Positions 19,878 through 30,673 are shown, counted from the first letter of the stretch. The stretch: 64,000 nt of DNA from an uncultured Pseudomonadota bacterium (GCA_902785275.1 CACZYB010000001.1:32001-96000); one strand, 5' to 3'. Translations and numbers: made by a program. Notes: generated by a model from the sequence alone, not told the origin.

Positions 19878-20555
19878 TTAAATTTTATTTTCATCAACGA
19901 AATCAACTTTTACCCTTGCAACCTGTGATGAAAACTTAAATACCTTGAACATAAAGTCAGTTTTTTCAAGAGGAGCAAGAACTTTCTTTTCAATTTCTCT
20001 TTCTTGTTCCTGAAGAACTCTTTCATCACGATTTTCCAAACGGATAACAAGTTTTGGAACACGCATCTTTTTATTTGTTGGATTATAAACGAAACCACGA
20101 ATAATAATATATTCATTTGTTCCTTCTTTTGTAAGGGTCAAAGGCTTCACAATCTCAACATATAAATCATTTGCCTTTTCCTTTTTATCAACATTTTCAA
20201 AAACATTTCCGCCTTCCTTTGAAGATGATGAATCCATAACAAATCCACCAATAACAAAAATTATAACAAAAAGCACAACTGCCATAAAAAATACCAATAA
20301 ATTTTTAGCATTGAACATTGATAAAAAAGGCAAAACTTTTTTCTGTGAAACTTTTTCTTCTTCATCTGTCAAAATAGATGGAAGTTTATCTTCCTTAACT
20401 TCTACCTTATCAGAACTTTCAAGCTTTCTTGCCTTTTCAATACGTTCATTCCAGATAAAAGCACATTCTGAACATTGAAATTTCATTTCACCATTAACAA
20501 AAGCACTGTCAGCAACTTCAAATTTTGTTTTACATTTAGGACATTCTATAATCAT
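19878..20555 (-). CDS. MJ0042-type zinc-ribbon membrane protein (DUF3426-like)
   Basis: CPKC...CSEC...W, TM helix; divergent from ftsE as in alphaproteobacteria. Confidence 0.85.
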   Translation of the reverse strand: MIIECPKCKTKFEVADSAFVNGEMKFQCSECAFIWNERIEKARKLESSDKVEVKEDKLPSILTDEEEKVSQKKVLPFLSMFNAKNLLVFFMAVVLFVIIFVIGGFVMDSSSSKEGGNVFENVDKKEKANDLYVEIVKPLTLTKEGTNEYIIIRGFVYNPTNKKMRVPKLVIRLENRDERVLQEQEREIEKKVLAPLEKTDFMFKVFKFSSQVARVKVDFVDENKI

Positions 20556-20687
20556 AATAAACCCCTTTTATAGCTAATTAACAAGACAAAGTATAAATCA
20601 AAGATATTAATTTTTCAATTTATAAAAATAAAATATTTGTATTTTATTAAAAATTTTGTATGATAGAATTCATTAGGGAGAAATAAA

Positions 20688-21377
20688 ATGCCAAAAACAC
20701 AAAGTGATTCAACAAAACCTATCATAAGTCTTCAAAATGCTGGATTAAGATATAATGCTGGTCCTGAAGTATTAAAAGACATAAATCTTGAGTTAAAACC
20801 TGGAGATTTTTACTTTCTTACTGGTGCAAGTGGTGCCGGAAAGACATCATTACTAAAATTATTACATCTTGCCCACAAACCAACTCGTGGAAAAGTAAAA
20901 ATTTTCGGCAAAGACATTGATAATATAAAACAGGAGGATATGGCTCACATCCGTCGCCGTATTGGTATTGTTTTCCAAGATTACCACCTTCTTGATCATC
21001 TTTCTGTTCTTGACAACGTAGCACTTCCTCTTCGTATCGTTGGCAGAAGTGAAAGATACATCCAAACCCACGTTCCCGAACTTATTGAATGGGTCGGATT
21101 AAAAAATTTCATAAATACAAAACCAAAGCTTTTATCTGGTGGTCAACAACAAAGAGTTGCTATTGCCCGTGCAGTTATAAATAATCCAGATATTTTAATT
21201 GCCGATGAACCAACAGGAAATGTTGATGAAGATATGGCAAAAAAACTTTTGTTTCTATTTTTGGAATTAAATAAAATGGGTACAACTGTAATAATCGCAA
21301 CACACAGTACAAATCTTATAAAACAATTTCATTTTCCGGTTTTGCACCTTGAAAATGGTAATTTAACAAGGGTATAA
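20688..21377 (+). CDS. ftsE: Cell division ATP-binding protein FtsE
   Basis: GASGAGKT, GIVFQD, ADEPTGNVD. Confidence 0.92.
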   Translation: MPKTQSDSTKPIISLQNAGLRYNAGPEVLKDINLELKPGDFYFLTGASGAGKTSLLKLLHLAHKPTRGKVKIFGKDIDNIKQEDMAHIRRRIGIVFQDYHLLDHLSVLDNVALPLRIVGRSERYIQTHVPELIEWVGLKNFINTKPKLLSGGQQQRVAIARAVINNPDILIADEPTGNVDEDMAKKLLFLFLELNKMGTTVIIATHSTNLIKQFHFPVLHLENGNLTRV

Positions 21378-21378
21378 A

Positions 21379-22257
21379 ATGTTAAAAACAGATATAGCTT
21401 TTAAAACAGATTTAAATAAAAACTTTCTTCCATTCATAACTGCATTTATGGTGTTTGTTGCATCAATAACATTTGCAACTGCACTTATCGGAAATAATCT
21501 TGCAAAAGATTGGAATAATCATATGAACAACAACCTTACTATACAGGTTCTTCCTGATATGAGTGCAAAAATTCCATCCCAAGAAATAGAGGAAAGAATT
21601 AATAATATAACAACAATCCTTAAACAAACTCCTGGTGTGAAATCATACTATGCCATGACCAGAAGTGAAACCATAAATCTTTTAAAACCATGGATTGGTG
21701 ATAAAATTGATATTCCACTTCCACGAATTATTTCTGTGCAAACATCTAATGTAATACCTCTTAATACAAAGACATTAACTTCGGAAATAAAAAAATATTC
21801 TTCTTTAATAAAGTTAGAAACATACGAAACATGGATGTACGATTTAAAAAACACAATATCCGCAGTCCAAACCTTGCTTGGTATGATAATAGTTTTAATT
21901 TTATTAACAACAGCAGTAACAATTTCATATGCAACAAAATCCGGACTTAATATAAATAAAAAAGTTATAAACATTATGCATATGGTTGGTGCAACAAACA
22001 AATACATATCCACACAATTTTCCAGACAGATGATGATTCTTGCCATATCTGGTGGATCAATCGGATATGTTATTTCCTGTATAATCATTATGATAATGAA
22101 AACTATTTCAAAGGATATAAGCGACGGTATAATTGCAAATTTTGAATTCTCCAGCTATGTATATTTACAAATGTTGATAATTCCAATTATTGCTGGTATA
22201 ATAGCAAAGATAAGCGCAATGCTTACCATAAGAAAAGAACTTAACAAAATGGTATAA
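21379..22257 (+). CDS. ftsX: Cell division permease FtsX
   Basis: Follows ftsE; four TM helices, LLKPW..PLPRII, MVGAT. Confidence 0.85.
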   Translation: MLKTDIAFKTDLNKNFLPFITAFMVFVASITFATALIGNNLAKDWNNHMNNNLTIQVLPDMSAKIPSQEIEERINNITTILKQTPGVKSYYAMTRSETINLLKPWIGDKIDIPLPRIISVQTSNVIPLNTKTLTSEIKKYSSLIKLETYETWMYDLKNTISAVQTLLGMIIVLILLTTAVTISYATKSGLNINKKVINIMHMVGATNKYISTQFSRQMMILAISGGSIGYVISCIIIMIMKTISKDISDGIIANFEFSSYVYLQMLIIPIIAGIIAKISAMLTIRKELNKMV

Positions 22258-22258
22258 A

Positions 22259-22957
22259 ATGGAAATCGAAAAATACAAAGAAGGTTTTAAACCCAAAAAA
22301 GAAATTTCTGAATCCGAACTTCGTGCAAAAAAATATATACTCTATATTCTTTTTGGAATTGGTATATACTTGCTTGGGTTCATATATTTCGCCCTAACCC
22401 TTGAATATGAACAAGAATACACCAACGAAAAAACCGATGCAATAATCGTGCTTACCGGCGAAACACGAAGAATTACAGACAGTATCGAAGAATTAAACAA
22501 AGGTAACTCTCCTAAACTTTTCATCTCTGGTGTATACCTTCAATCCCCACTTTCAAAACTCATTGATAAAACAATAATAAATTTGCAAAAAGAAGGAAAG
22601 TTAAACTTTTCCCCTGAAGCATTGAAATCAAGGATATCTACCGGAAAGGCAGAAAACACAATCGAAAATGCATTGGAAAGTGCAATATGGGTAAAAAAGA
22701 ATAATGTTAATACCGTTCGTTTGATAACATCATTCTATCATATGCCAAGGTCAAAATTACTTTTCAAAAAATACCTTTCCAAAACAGCAATAATATACCA
22801 CCCAATTTCTTTTTCACAAAGCAGAATTAAGACATTAACTAATACACATATGCTTGGTTTGGTTTTCAGTGAATACAACAAATACATATTAACCTATATC
22901 TGGAACTTAACAGGTTTAGAAACAAAAACAGCATTAAGAATACAAGGAGTTTTATAA
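22259..22957 (+). CDS. YdcF/ElyC (DUF218) family protein
   Basis: DAIIVLTG, NTIENA, TSFYHMPRS. Confidence 0.88.
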   Translation: MEIEKYKEGFKPKKEISESELRAKKYILYILFGIGIYLLGFIYFALTLEYEQEYTNEKTDAIIVLTGETRRITDSIEELNKGNSPKLFISGVYLQSPLSKLIDKTIINLQKEGKLNFSPEALKSRISTGKAENTIENALESAIWVKKNNVNTVRLITSFYHMPRSKLLFKKYLSKTAIIYHPISFSQSRIKTLTNTHMLGLVFSEYNKYILTYIWNLTGLETKTALRIQGVL

Positions 22958-23691
22958 TGAAAAAATTTATTTTAATTGCTCGTTCAACAATTTACTTCAT
23001 ACTTTTTATGATTACTGCAGTAATATTTTGCATATCCGCAGTTTTCACATCAATTCTTCCATCAAAGGTTACATTCATAACTGCAAGAATATGGTGCCGA
23101 AGCACAATGTTCCTTCTTAAAATATGTTGCGGATTAAAGTATCATGTAACAGGATTGGAAAATATTCCAACAGACAAAACAGTAATCTTTGCATCAAAGC
23201 ATCAATCCGCATGGGAAACATTCGCATATCAACTTTTCCTTAAGCCATGCGTATTCATGTATAAACGCGAACTTGCATTCATCCCACTTTTCGGAATTGC
23301 AATGATTAAAACAAAAAATATTCCAGTAAACAGAGGTCATGGAAACAAAGAAATGATTAAAAGTTTGCGTGCAAGCTTTGCAAAACGCCTTAAAAAATAT
23401 AACGTAATAATTTTCCCAGAAGGTACCCGTACAAAACCAGGTGCAGAACCAAATTACAAATCTGGATTAAGCGTTATCATACAGGCATTAAAAGATGTAG
23501 AAGTTTTACCAATCGCTATGAATTCTGGTGTATTTTGGCCAAAACACGGTTTTATTAAATATCCTGGAACAATAGAAGTTCACATTCTTCCACCAATAAA
23601 ACCATCCGAATTTTCACGTGAGGAATTCCAAACAAAATTGGTATCAGCAATTGAAACTGAACAATCAAAACTTTCCTTAACACACGAATAA
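22957..23691 (+). CDS. plsC: 1-acyl-sn-glycerol-3-phosphate acyltransferase
   Basis: KHQSAWET, FPEGTR. Confidence 0.9.
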   Translation: MKKFILIARSTIYFILFMITAVIFCISAVFTSILPSKVTFITARIWCRSTMFLLKICCGLKYHVTGLENIPTDKTVIFASKHQSAWETFAYQLFLKPCVFMYKRELAFIPLFGIAMIKTKNIPVNRGHGNKEMIKSLRASFAKRLKKYNVIIFPEGTRTKPGAEPNYKSGLSVIIQALKDVEVLPIAMNSGVFWPKHGFIKYPGTIEVHILPPIKPSEFSREEFQTKLVSAIETEQSKLSLTHE

Positions 23692-23845
23692 AAAATATAA
23701 AAAAAGACAAAAACCACCAGATATTTTTCTGGTGTTTTTTATTTTAAGTATAAAAGCTTAAAAAACTTTTCCAACATTACCAATAGCAAATAAAAAAAAC
23801 GGAGCATTCACAGCCCCGCCCATAATAAAACTAATCTCCAACTCA

Positions 23846-25375
23846 TTAATACCAACCACTACATGTACTTTCAGCATTAGATGCATACTCACAACGTCTA
23901 TTAAGTTCAAGATGCCATGGAAGAAAACGTAAAGCACCTTGAGGATAATCAGCAGTAACCAACTTATACACATCTCCATACTCATAATACAATGCACGTA
24001 ACACAATAGAAAGCGGAGTCTTTTCAGTAATATCAATACCACCAATTTTCTTTACACCAGTTGCACTACCACTAGTAGCTATCAATGCAGCATTAACATC
24101 TCTAACAACAATATCATTCAAACCAATAGTTGAACCTTCAAGCTTATATGCACCAGATCCCTGAACAGTAACTTTATTAAACTTCAATGCAGGCATTGAA
24201 CTATTTGAAAAATTTTTATCACTATCAAATGAACGAACACTTAAATTATTAATCTTTAAAATATTTGAAACCATACTTGTATCAAATGATAATAAATTAG
24301 TAACAAACATAATTGTTTCACCAGAAACAGCCGGAATTTTTAAATTTATAGTTTTCGAAAATCTTAATTTATTACAATCAGTACTTGCATACTCATATGT
24401 TGCTTCTGGTGCAGGATCTTCCAACAGACAATTTGAAACACCATTAAAATCCAAATTACCATTCACAGTTAAATATCTTTGTAACATAACTGTTTTCAAA
24501 GTATCATCCGAAAACAAAAGATTCGACATCTGAAGTCCCAATGGAAATATCAATTGCCCAAGCACAGTCATATCACCATTTGAAAGAGACAATTTTGCAA
24601 CATCCGCTGCTTCACCTGTTTCATCAGCCTCACTTCCGCCAATCGCGATATCGTTAAATTCAGATTTAATAGCACCATCACTACCCTTTAAATTAAAACT
24701 ACCTAACTCTAAAAAACCACCAATAAATAAATTTCTTGCATTGTAAATACTTTGCATATTCATATGCAAATCAGTTTCCATAGTTGATGAACCAATACCA
24801 GCTTTTTTTGAAACGAACTTATATTCCTTTCGAGAAAGTCCAGTCTTTACAACAATAGAAGTTTTATCAATATCATTTCTATCCTCATTCCATGGAGCAA
24901 CAGCAAGTTGCCAATCCGCACCATAAACAAGACCATCTTCGACATAACCAGCATAACCTTTTGATTCTTTCACAATATCTTTTATACGCATTGTAGGAAT
25001 ATTTTTTTCACCTGTTGCAATAACAATCGCATCATAAACTGTTCTTTTATTATCATCTTGTGAAAGCTTTACCCTAACCTTATATTCCTGGCCAAGAACA
25101 TTCTTTTTTTGAAAAGCTTTATCCAAACCACTTTCATACAAATCATCAAAACTAATATCGATAAGATTTTTTTCAAATGTTGGTTGACGTTTCAAATAAT
25201 TTTCCACCGCAGTTTTAAGTTTAATCAAATCACGAACAATCATCTGGTTTCTTAAAGTATCAGAACGTCTTTTGGCATCACGTTGTATAAACGGAAATAT
25301 AGCCACCATTATCGCAAGCATAAAAATAACTTCCAATAAAATACCACCACTAACACTTTTATTTTTTTTCATCAT
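23846..25375 (-). CDS. Type IV pilin-like protein with a shufflon PilV N-terminal-like domain
   Basis: Prepilin site SG|GILLE; KNVLGQEY; METDLHMNMQSIYN. Confidence 0.65.
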   Translation of the reverse strand: MMKKNKSVSGGILLEVIFMLAIMVAIFPFIQRDAKRRSDTLRNQMIVRDLIKLKTAVENYLKRQPTFEKNLIDISFDDLYESGLDKAFQKKNVLGQEYKVRVKLSQDDNKRTVYDAIVIATGEKNIPTMRIKDIVKESKGYAGYVEDGLVYGADWQLAVAPWNEDRNDIDKTSIVVKTGLSRKEYKFVSKKAGIGSSTMETDLHMNMQSIYNARNLFIGGFLELGSFNLKGSDGAIKSEFNDIAIGGSEADETGEAADVAKLSLSNGDMTVLGQLIFPLGLQMSNLLFSDDTLKTVMLQRYLTVNGNLDFNGVSNCLLEDPAPEATYEYASTDCNKLRFSKTINLKIPAVSGETIMFVTNLLSFDTSMVSNILKINNLSVRSFDSDKNFSNSSMPALKFNKVTVQGSGAYKLEGSTIGLNDIVVRDVNAALIATSGSATGVKKIGGIDITEKTPLSIVLRALYYEYGDVYKLVTADYPQGALRFLPWHLELNRRCEYASNAESTCSGWY

Positions 25376-25385
25376 ATTTTCCTAA

Positions 25386-26813
25386 TTAATAGCTTGATTT
25401 ATATTCATTTATTTTGGTTCTAATATTAGTATTTCCGTTATCAAAACTACTCAACAAACTCCAAATTTGTTTACCTGATGTACCTTTTATATCATATACA
25501 GTAATAGTAGGTGCGGAATTTACAGTATGTCTTATTTTTCCAGACTTAAGATCGAACTTTCCAGCACTCACATAGTTACTATTGATATTAAGAATTTTTG
25601 CATTCATATTTTGAACTTCAATATTCGGAGCTTCCACCTTAAACCTTGATTTTGAAGTTTTTTCTTCAACAAAATTCATTGAACCTTCCGGATGTTCCAA
25701 ACCATAAATATTAAGTTTATTCATGTCATCAGAAATTAAATTTGTAAACTCTAAATTCTGTAAATCAATTTGATTAAAAGATGTTAATCCAGCCACCTTA
25801 ATTTGAGGTTTATAATTACCCAAACTTAAAACCAATAACAATGCATTATCTGCAACAAAATTTCCAAGTACCGTTACCTCTTTGAATATTATTTCTGGAA
25901 CAAGAAGTTTTGCAGATGTAAAATTCCACGAATGGTCGGCAACCTGCTTAAAATAAATGGAACCTTTCACTTCAATCTCTCCTGCCACAGAACCCTTCTT
26001 TGCCTTCATCAAAGGTAAATAATTAACACTTGTTGAACCTTCTGTTGTTTGAGCCAATCCAGCCACAGTCCTTACATTTAAATCTTTAACATTTTTTACA
26101 TCATGTAACTGTGCCACAGGTTTACCATCATCCCCCAAAAACAAATCACGTCCCATTTCATTAAGTCCGGCACCACTTTTATTTCTGTAAAGATATATCG
26201 ACGATTCGAATTCCTTTTCCAACAATGAATCATCAATACGAACAACAGCCAATCTTTTACCATCCGAAGGTGAAGATCCATCCTTTGCAACTTCTGAATA
26301 ATTCACACCCCAATTTCCGTTAATCGAACACGCACAGTAAGATGATGAACAATCACCACACTTTTCTCCAGTTACAACATAACCAATATTATTTTCTGCA
26401 TAAAGTAAAGTTTTATTAAATGAAATAGCATCCAACTTAAACGGGGTCATATCAACCACACCGTAAAGAACGATACTATCATCATCACCCTTAACATACT
26501 TTAATGAAAGATTATTTAATAAATTTTCATCAACAACAGTTTCCAATCCATACTTTGATAAATCAGTAAGTTTTACTTCACCCGATGCACCTGTCCAATT
26601 ATCTCGTTCCGAAGAAGTATAGGCAGTCAAAGCCTTAACAAGTTCTTTTAATTGTTTTGCAAGGTTTAAATACCTAACATCTGCTAAATCTTTGAATGCA
26701 AATTTAATAACAACCGGAGCAAGCACCGCCATAATTCCCAAAACGAAAATTATTTCCATAAGCGAAGCACCGACAACATCTTTTAAATAATATTTTACTT
26801 TTCTTTTAACCAT
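25386..26813 (-). CDS. Type IV pilin-like protein, PilV-like
   Basis: VG|ASLME; YLYRN...LNEMGRDL. Confidence 0.65.
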   Translation of the reverse strand: MVKRKVKYYLKDVVGASLMEIIFVLGIMAVLAPVVIKFAFKDLADVRYLNLAKQLKELVKALTAYTSSERDNWTGASGEVKLTDLSKYGLETVVDENLLNNLSLKYVKGDDDSIVLYGVVDMTPFKLDAISFNKTLLYAENNIGYVVTGEKCGDCSSSYCACSINGNWGVNYSEVAKDGSSPSDGKRLAVVRIDDSLLEKEFESSIYLYRNKSGAGLNEMGRDLFLGDDGKPVAQLHDVKNVKDLNVRTVAGLAQTTEGSTSVNYLPLMKAKKGSVAGEIEVKGSIYFKQVADHSWNFTSAKLLVPEIIFKEVTVLGNFVADNALLLVLSLGNYKPQIKVAGLTSFNQIDLQNLEFTNLISDDMNKLNIYGLEHPEGSMNFVEEKTSKSRFKVEAPNIEVQNMNAKILNINSNYVSAGKFDLKSGKIRHTVNSAPTITVYDIKGTSGKQIWSLLSSFDNGNTNIRTKINEYKSSY

Positions 26814-26815
26814 TT

Positions 26816-28258
26816 TTATCCATTCTTTTTTGCATCTTCTTTTGCTTGTGCGGCCTCAATATAATCAGCGACATTAGCCATCAATTCATTGTAAATTTTT
26901 ACAATTCTTCCTGACAAACAATTTGGATTCGGTTTATTAACATCATTATTAATATATGTACCATGAGTAGCAGTACCAAAACAAATATCATTTACTTCTG
27001 AAACACCGGCTAAATTCAAAATAAGCGCATCACCACCTTCAGAAGTACTATATGTAACATCTCCAGTAGAAGCATCCTTTGTATAAGAACCAACATAAAT
27101 GAAACTGTCTTCAATTTTATCAGACGTAACCAAAGGTGGATCCAAAACAATAGTTGAAATATTATCTGTTAAATTTCCATTTTCTGAAGAGAAAATATTC
27201 GCAGTAATACTATTTATAATCATATTATTATTCCAACCATTATTCACCTTAACGTCACCACGAACATAAAAGTTTTTTGCTGATAAATCTTTTGTTTCCA
27301 ATTCACCATCTTCGATATAAACTTTTTTTAAATTTGCATCATCCACAGTCAAATCTTCAACTTCTACTCTATGACTTGATTCTTCAATCGCACCATCAAT
27401 AGTTTTTGCAGGAAATTCATTACCACTTATACCATCAATATTTTGATATTCAAAATTTCCATTAACAGTAGATGGAGATTTAAACTCTAAATCAGAAACA
27501 GATAAATCGTTCACATAAGCATTTGAACCTTCCAATGCAGTAGCATAGAAATTTTTCACATTACCAATACTGTTTCCCCCCATATCCAAATCAACAATCA
27601 TAGTATTAACCAAAGACGCCCTTTCCGAAGATCCAGGCATAGGTGCAATATGCAAATAATCCGATGTAAAGAAAGCATCACTAACATACATAAATAACAA
27701 ACCACCACCAGAACTTCCCAATGGTGCACTAACTTTTGTCTTAAGAAAATTAGTCAAATCATTCGATAATTTTAAATCACTTAAAATAACACCTTCATCA
27801 TCCATAACGGCCCCCTTATCAAACAAGAACTGACCAATACCATTAAGTGTTAATTTATCCAAACCACCATCATACGCATAAACAACAGCTTCTATCTGTT
27901 CACCATGTCTTATAGTAATCAAAGCATATCTTTGACCAAATCCATTTGTAGTAGGCACAGAAGCACTTCCCATATAATCACGAAGAAGATTTTTTAAACT
28001 ATCACCCTCCCATGTACTTGTTCCCTCAGGAACTGCACCAACTCTATCCTTTTCAAAAACGACGAATGAAGAAGCCGCCTTTTGCCATGACTCCAAATGA
28101 TTAACAACTTCTTCTCTTTTAACTTCTTCATTATACTTTTTTATTTGTGTAAAAATCATAGGTGACATAATAACCATAAGTCCAAGTCCCAAAAGAACCT
28201 GAAGCATAACCGCACCACCAGAAACTTTTTTAAAACATTTTTTTGATAAAATTCTCAT
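26816..28258 (-). CDS. Type IV pilin-like protein, PilV-like (Gln at +5)
   Basis: GG|AVMLQ; TNGFGQRY; YLH...NTMIVDLDMGGNSIGN. Confidence 0.65.
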   Translation of the reverse strand: MRILSKKCFKKVSGGAVMLQVLLGLGLMVIMSPMIFTQIKKYNEEVKREEVVNHLESWQKAASSFVVFEKDRVGAVPEGTSTWEGDSLKNLLRDYMGSASVPTTNGFGQRYALITIRHGEQIEAVVYAYDGGLDKLTLNGIGQFLFDKGAVMDDEGVILSDLKLSNDLTNFLKTKVSAPLGSSGGGLLFMYVSDAFFTSDYLHIAPMPGSSERASLVNTMIVDLDMGGNSIGNVKNFYATALEGSNAYVNDLSVSDLEFKSPSTVNGNFEYQNIDGISGNEFPAKTIDGAIEESSHRVEVEDLTVDDANLKKVYIEDGELETKDLSAKNFYVRGDVKVNNGWNNNMIINSITANIFSSENGNLTDNISTIVLDPPLVTSDKIEDSFIYVGSYTKDASTGDVTYSTSEGGDALILNLAGVSEVNDICFGTATHGTYINNDVNKPNPNCLSGRIVKIYNELMANVADYIEAAQAKEDAKKNG

Positions 28259-28370
28259 TTTTCCCTCACAAAAAAATAATACACTAAAAAAGACTAAAAG
28301 AAAAGAAAAACTTTATATAGAAAATATCTTTTTTATAATGTATAATGATTTTAAATAGGAAGGAATAAAA

Positions 28371-28931
28371 ATGGAAAACAAAATAAATTACTTAAATAAT
28401 ATAAACAGCATTAAATTGTATAAAATAATAACCATATTATCCATTGCAATAATATTGCTTATTCTATCGTATATTCCTATATACAGGGCAAACACTATAA
28501 AGGCTGCTCTTTACAAGGCTAGATATAGCCAAATACAATATCTTAATACAAAAAGCAGTATCATTCCCGAAGCAATAAATATGATTAAGGGTATAATCAT
28601 ACATAATGAAAAGGCATTAAAAGATATCGTTTACATAAATGTTCTTACAAAAACAAAAAGCAATAATATAAAAGATATCTATGCCAACCAGATAAAGATG
28701 TTTTCTATTACAAAAAATTTAATTGATACAGCAAACAAAAACCAGTTGCTTAGCAATAAAGAAAATTTCAAAAATCTTAAAGCCAGATTCGATGAAATTT
28801 ACTCCACCACTAAAAAACAACTGGAACTTTGTAAAATCAGAACTGATCATCTTCAACGATATATCAATCTTCCAGTATACAAAGATTTAATCGATACAAC
28901 AAATCTTAACGAAATAATTTGTATTGATTAA
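28371..28931 (+). CDS. Divergent LemA-like protein
   Basis: N-terminal TM, then SQI...IIPEAINMIKG..HNEK...ENFKNL, resembling LemA. Confidence 0.5.
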   Translation: MENKINYLNNINSIKLYKIITILSIAIILLILSYIPIYRANTIKAALYKARYSQIQYLNTKSSIIPEAINMIKGIIIHNEKALKDIVYINVLTKTKSNNIKDIYANQIKMFSITKNLIDTANKNQLLSNKENFKNLKARFDEIYSTTKKQLELCKIRTDHLQRYINLPVYKDLIDTTNLNEIICID

Positions 28932-29386
28932 AGCATAGTGCAAAGGAATCTTGAAAGAAGATCACGTTTTTCTTGAGTCTTTAATTTCCAATACTTATTT
29001 ACAAGATCTAATGTTTCATTTGAAGTCATAGGATCAAATTTAACAACTTCTTCTGAAACACGACCAATACTCTTTTCAAACTTTTTATAATTAGGTATTT
29101 CAGCTTCAAGTCCTGTAAAGAAGAAATTAATATCAACACCCAAAACTTTTGCAAAAACGAACAAACGACTTGAACTTATTTTTGTATCACCAGTTTCATA
29201 TTTTTGAATTTGTTGAAATGTAACACCAATAATTGCAGCCAACTCATCCTGACTCATTTGTAACATAAGTCTGCGTAATCTTAGTCTTTTTCCAATGTAT
29301 GCATCAAGCAAACCACTAGATGTCATTTCTTTTACTTCTTTATTTTCCATTGACATAACATCCTCTCTTTTTATATCATTAGACAT
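28928..29386 (-). CDS. XRE-family HTH transcriptional regulator
   Basis: IGKRLRLRR...GVTFQQIQKYETG. Confidence 0.9.
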   Translation of the reverse strand: MSNDIKREDVMSMENKEVKEMTSSGLLDAYIGKRLRLRRLMLQMSQDELAAIIGVTFQQIQKYETGDTKISSSRLFVFAKVLGVDINFFFTGLEAEIPNYKKFEKSIGRVSEEVVKFDPMTSNETLDLVNKYWKLKTQEKRDLLSRFLCTML

Positions 29387-29558
29387 AGCTGCCTCCTCTT
29401 GGCTTGTTATTATTTTTATTTGTTATAAGGAAATATTCCCTAAGAAATATGTCCTACGTAAAACAATATAACACAGAAATAAAAAAATCAACTAAAAAGA
29501 GAAAAATTTTTAAAGAGATAATAAAATAAGAAAATTACAAACAAAAAAGAGAGGAAAT

Positions 29559-29915
29559 ATGACATACAGTAAAGAAAATATATTCTACAAAATTATACAT
29601 AAAGAAGCTCCTTCAACAACTATTTTTGAAAATGACAATGCATTGGTTATAAAAAATTTGTATCCAAAGGCTCCTTGCCACCTTCTTGTTATGCCAAAAG
29701 GAGAATATGAATCATACACACAATTTGGTAAAAATGCATCAATACAAGAAAAAATCGACCTTATGGATGCAATAAATTTTGTAATAAATGAATACAAGCT
29801 CGCCGATTCGGGCTATCGTCTTGTTGCAAACACAGGTGACTTTGGCGGTCAATCTGTACCTCATTTTCATATACACGTTTTGGGCGGTGAAAAACTCCAA
29901 GACTTTGGTTTATAA
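29559..29915 (+). CDS. HIT-family nucleotide hydrolase
   Basis: NIFYKII, QSVPHFHIHVLGG. Confidence 0.92.
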   Translation: MTYSKENIFYKIIHKEAPSTTIFENDNALVIKNLYPKAPCHLLVMPKGEYESYTQFGKNASIQEKIDLMDAINFVINEYKLADSGYRLVANTGDFGGQSVPHFHIHVLGGEKLQDFGL

Positions 29916-29928
29916 TAATCAATAAAAC

Positions 29929-29967
29929 AAAGGCTGTACCAAACAATTCGCAAACGGTACAGCCTTT
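29929..29967. terminator. Bidirectional terminator
   Basis: Perfect 12-bp inverted repeat AAAGGCTGTACC/GGTACAGCCTTT between convergent genes. Confidence 0.7.
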
Positions 29968-29992
29968 AAATGCTTACTAAATTATAAATATA

Positions 29993-30529
29993 TCAAACAA
30001 ACTTTTTCCTTCTAAGAAATACATAAAACGCACCATCCCCACCATCAGAAATATTTGCAAAGTTCACATACAAAATTTTATCTCTAACCGATTCGTTATT
30101 AAGCCAAAGTGGGAAATTTTTTCTTATAATACCAGTATTTTTTTCAGGATTTCCCTTTCCCGTAACAATTAACAAATTTCTGTTTTCCAATTCGTAATTA
30201 TTATTTACAAATGACACAAAAGTATTAAAAGCTTTTTCCAAAGTTTTTCCATGCAAATCTAATCTTGCATCAACAGAAAAATTTCCCTTTTTAATATTCT
30301 TAATAATACTTTTATCAACACGCGAAATATCACCCAATGATAAATCAGATTCGATAATATGCCTGCGTTTCAAAACTTTTATATCTTCAGGCGACACAAA
30401 AGAAACACTTATATCATCCATCGCATTCTTTTTTTGTGTAATAGGCTTTATTTCCATACCAAACCTTCCCCCTTTCTTTTTTAAGGGAACAACAGTATCA
30501 ATAATTTCCTTCCACAAATTTTTATCCAT
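29993..30529 (-). CDS. Smr/MutS2 domain protein
   Basis: LDLHG, IVTGKG, GGDGAFYV; probable start ATG 30529. Confidence 0.9.
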   Translation of the reverse strand: MDKNLWKEIIDTVVPLKKKGGRFGMEIKPITQKKNAMDDISVSFVSPEDIKVLKRRHIIESDLSLGDISRVDKSIIKNIKKGNFSVDARLDLHGKTLEKAFNTFVSFVNNNYELENRNLLIVTGKGNPEKNTGIIRKNFPLWLNNESVRDKILYVNFANISDGGDGAFYVFLRRKKFV

Positions 30530-30581
30530 AACTTTTTCCTTTATAAAAAGGGAGGTTTTAAAATTCCTCCCTTCCAAAAGT

Positions 30582-30657
30582 TGGTGCCATCTGCGGGATT
30601 CAAACCCACGGCTTCCAAATTACGAATTTGGCACTCTATCACCTGAGTTAAGATGGC
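30582..30657 (-). tRNA. tRNA-Thr(CGT), atypical D and T loops
   Basis: 76-nt cloverleaf, CCAAA-TTCGTAA-TTTGG anticodon arm, CCA end, downstream terminator. Confidence 0.9.
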
Positions 30658-30673
30658 CAAATATCAAAAAGAA

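Noticed and set aside
23892-23902. CAACGTCTATT, an 11-bp match to the invertase left site, near the 3' end of a PilV-like gene
   Set aside because: Single copy inside coding sequence. It lacks the TATCAAA arms and I found no inverted partner, so there is no support for a shufflon acted on by the invertase.
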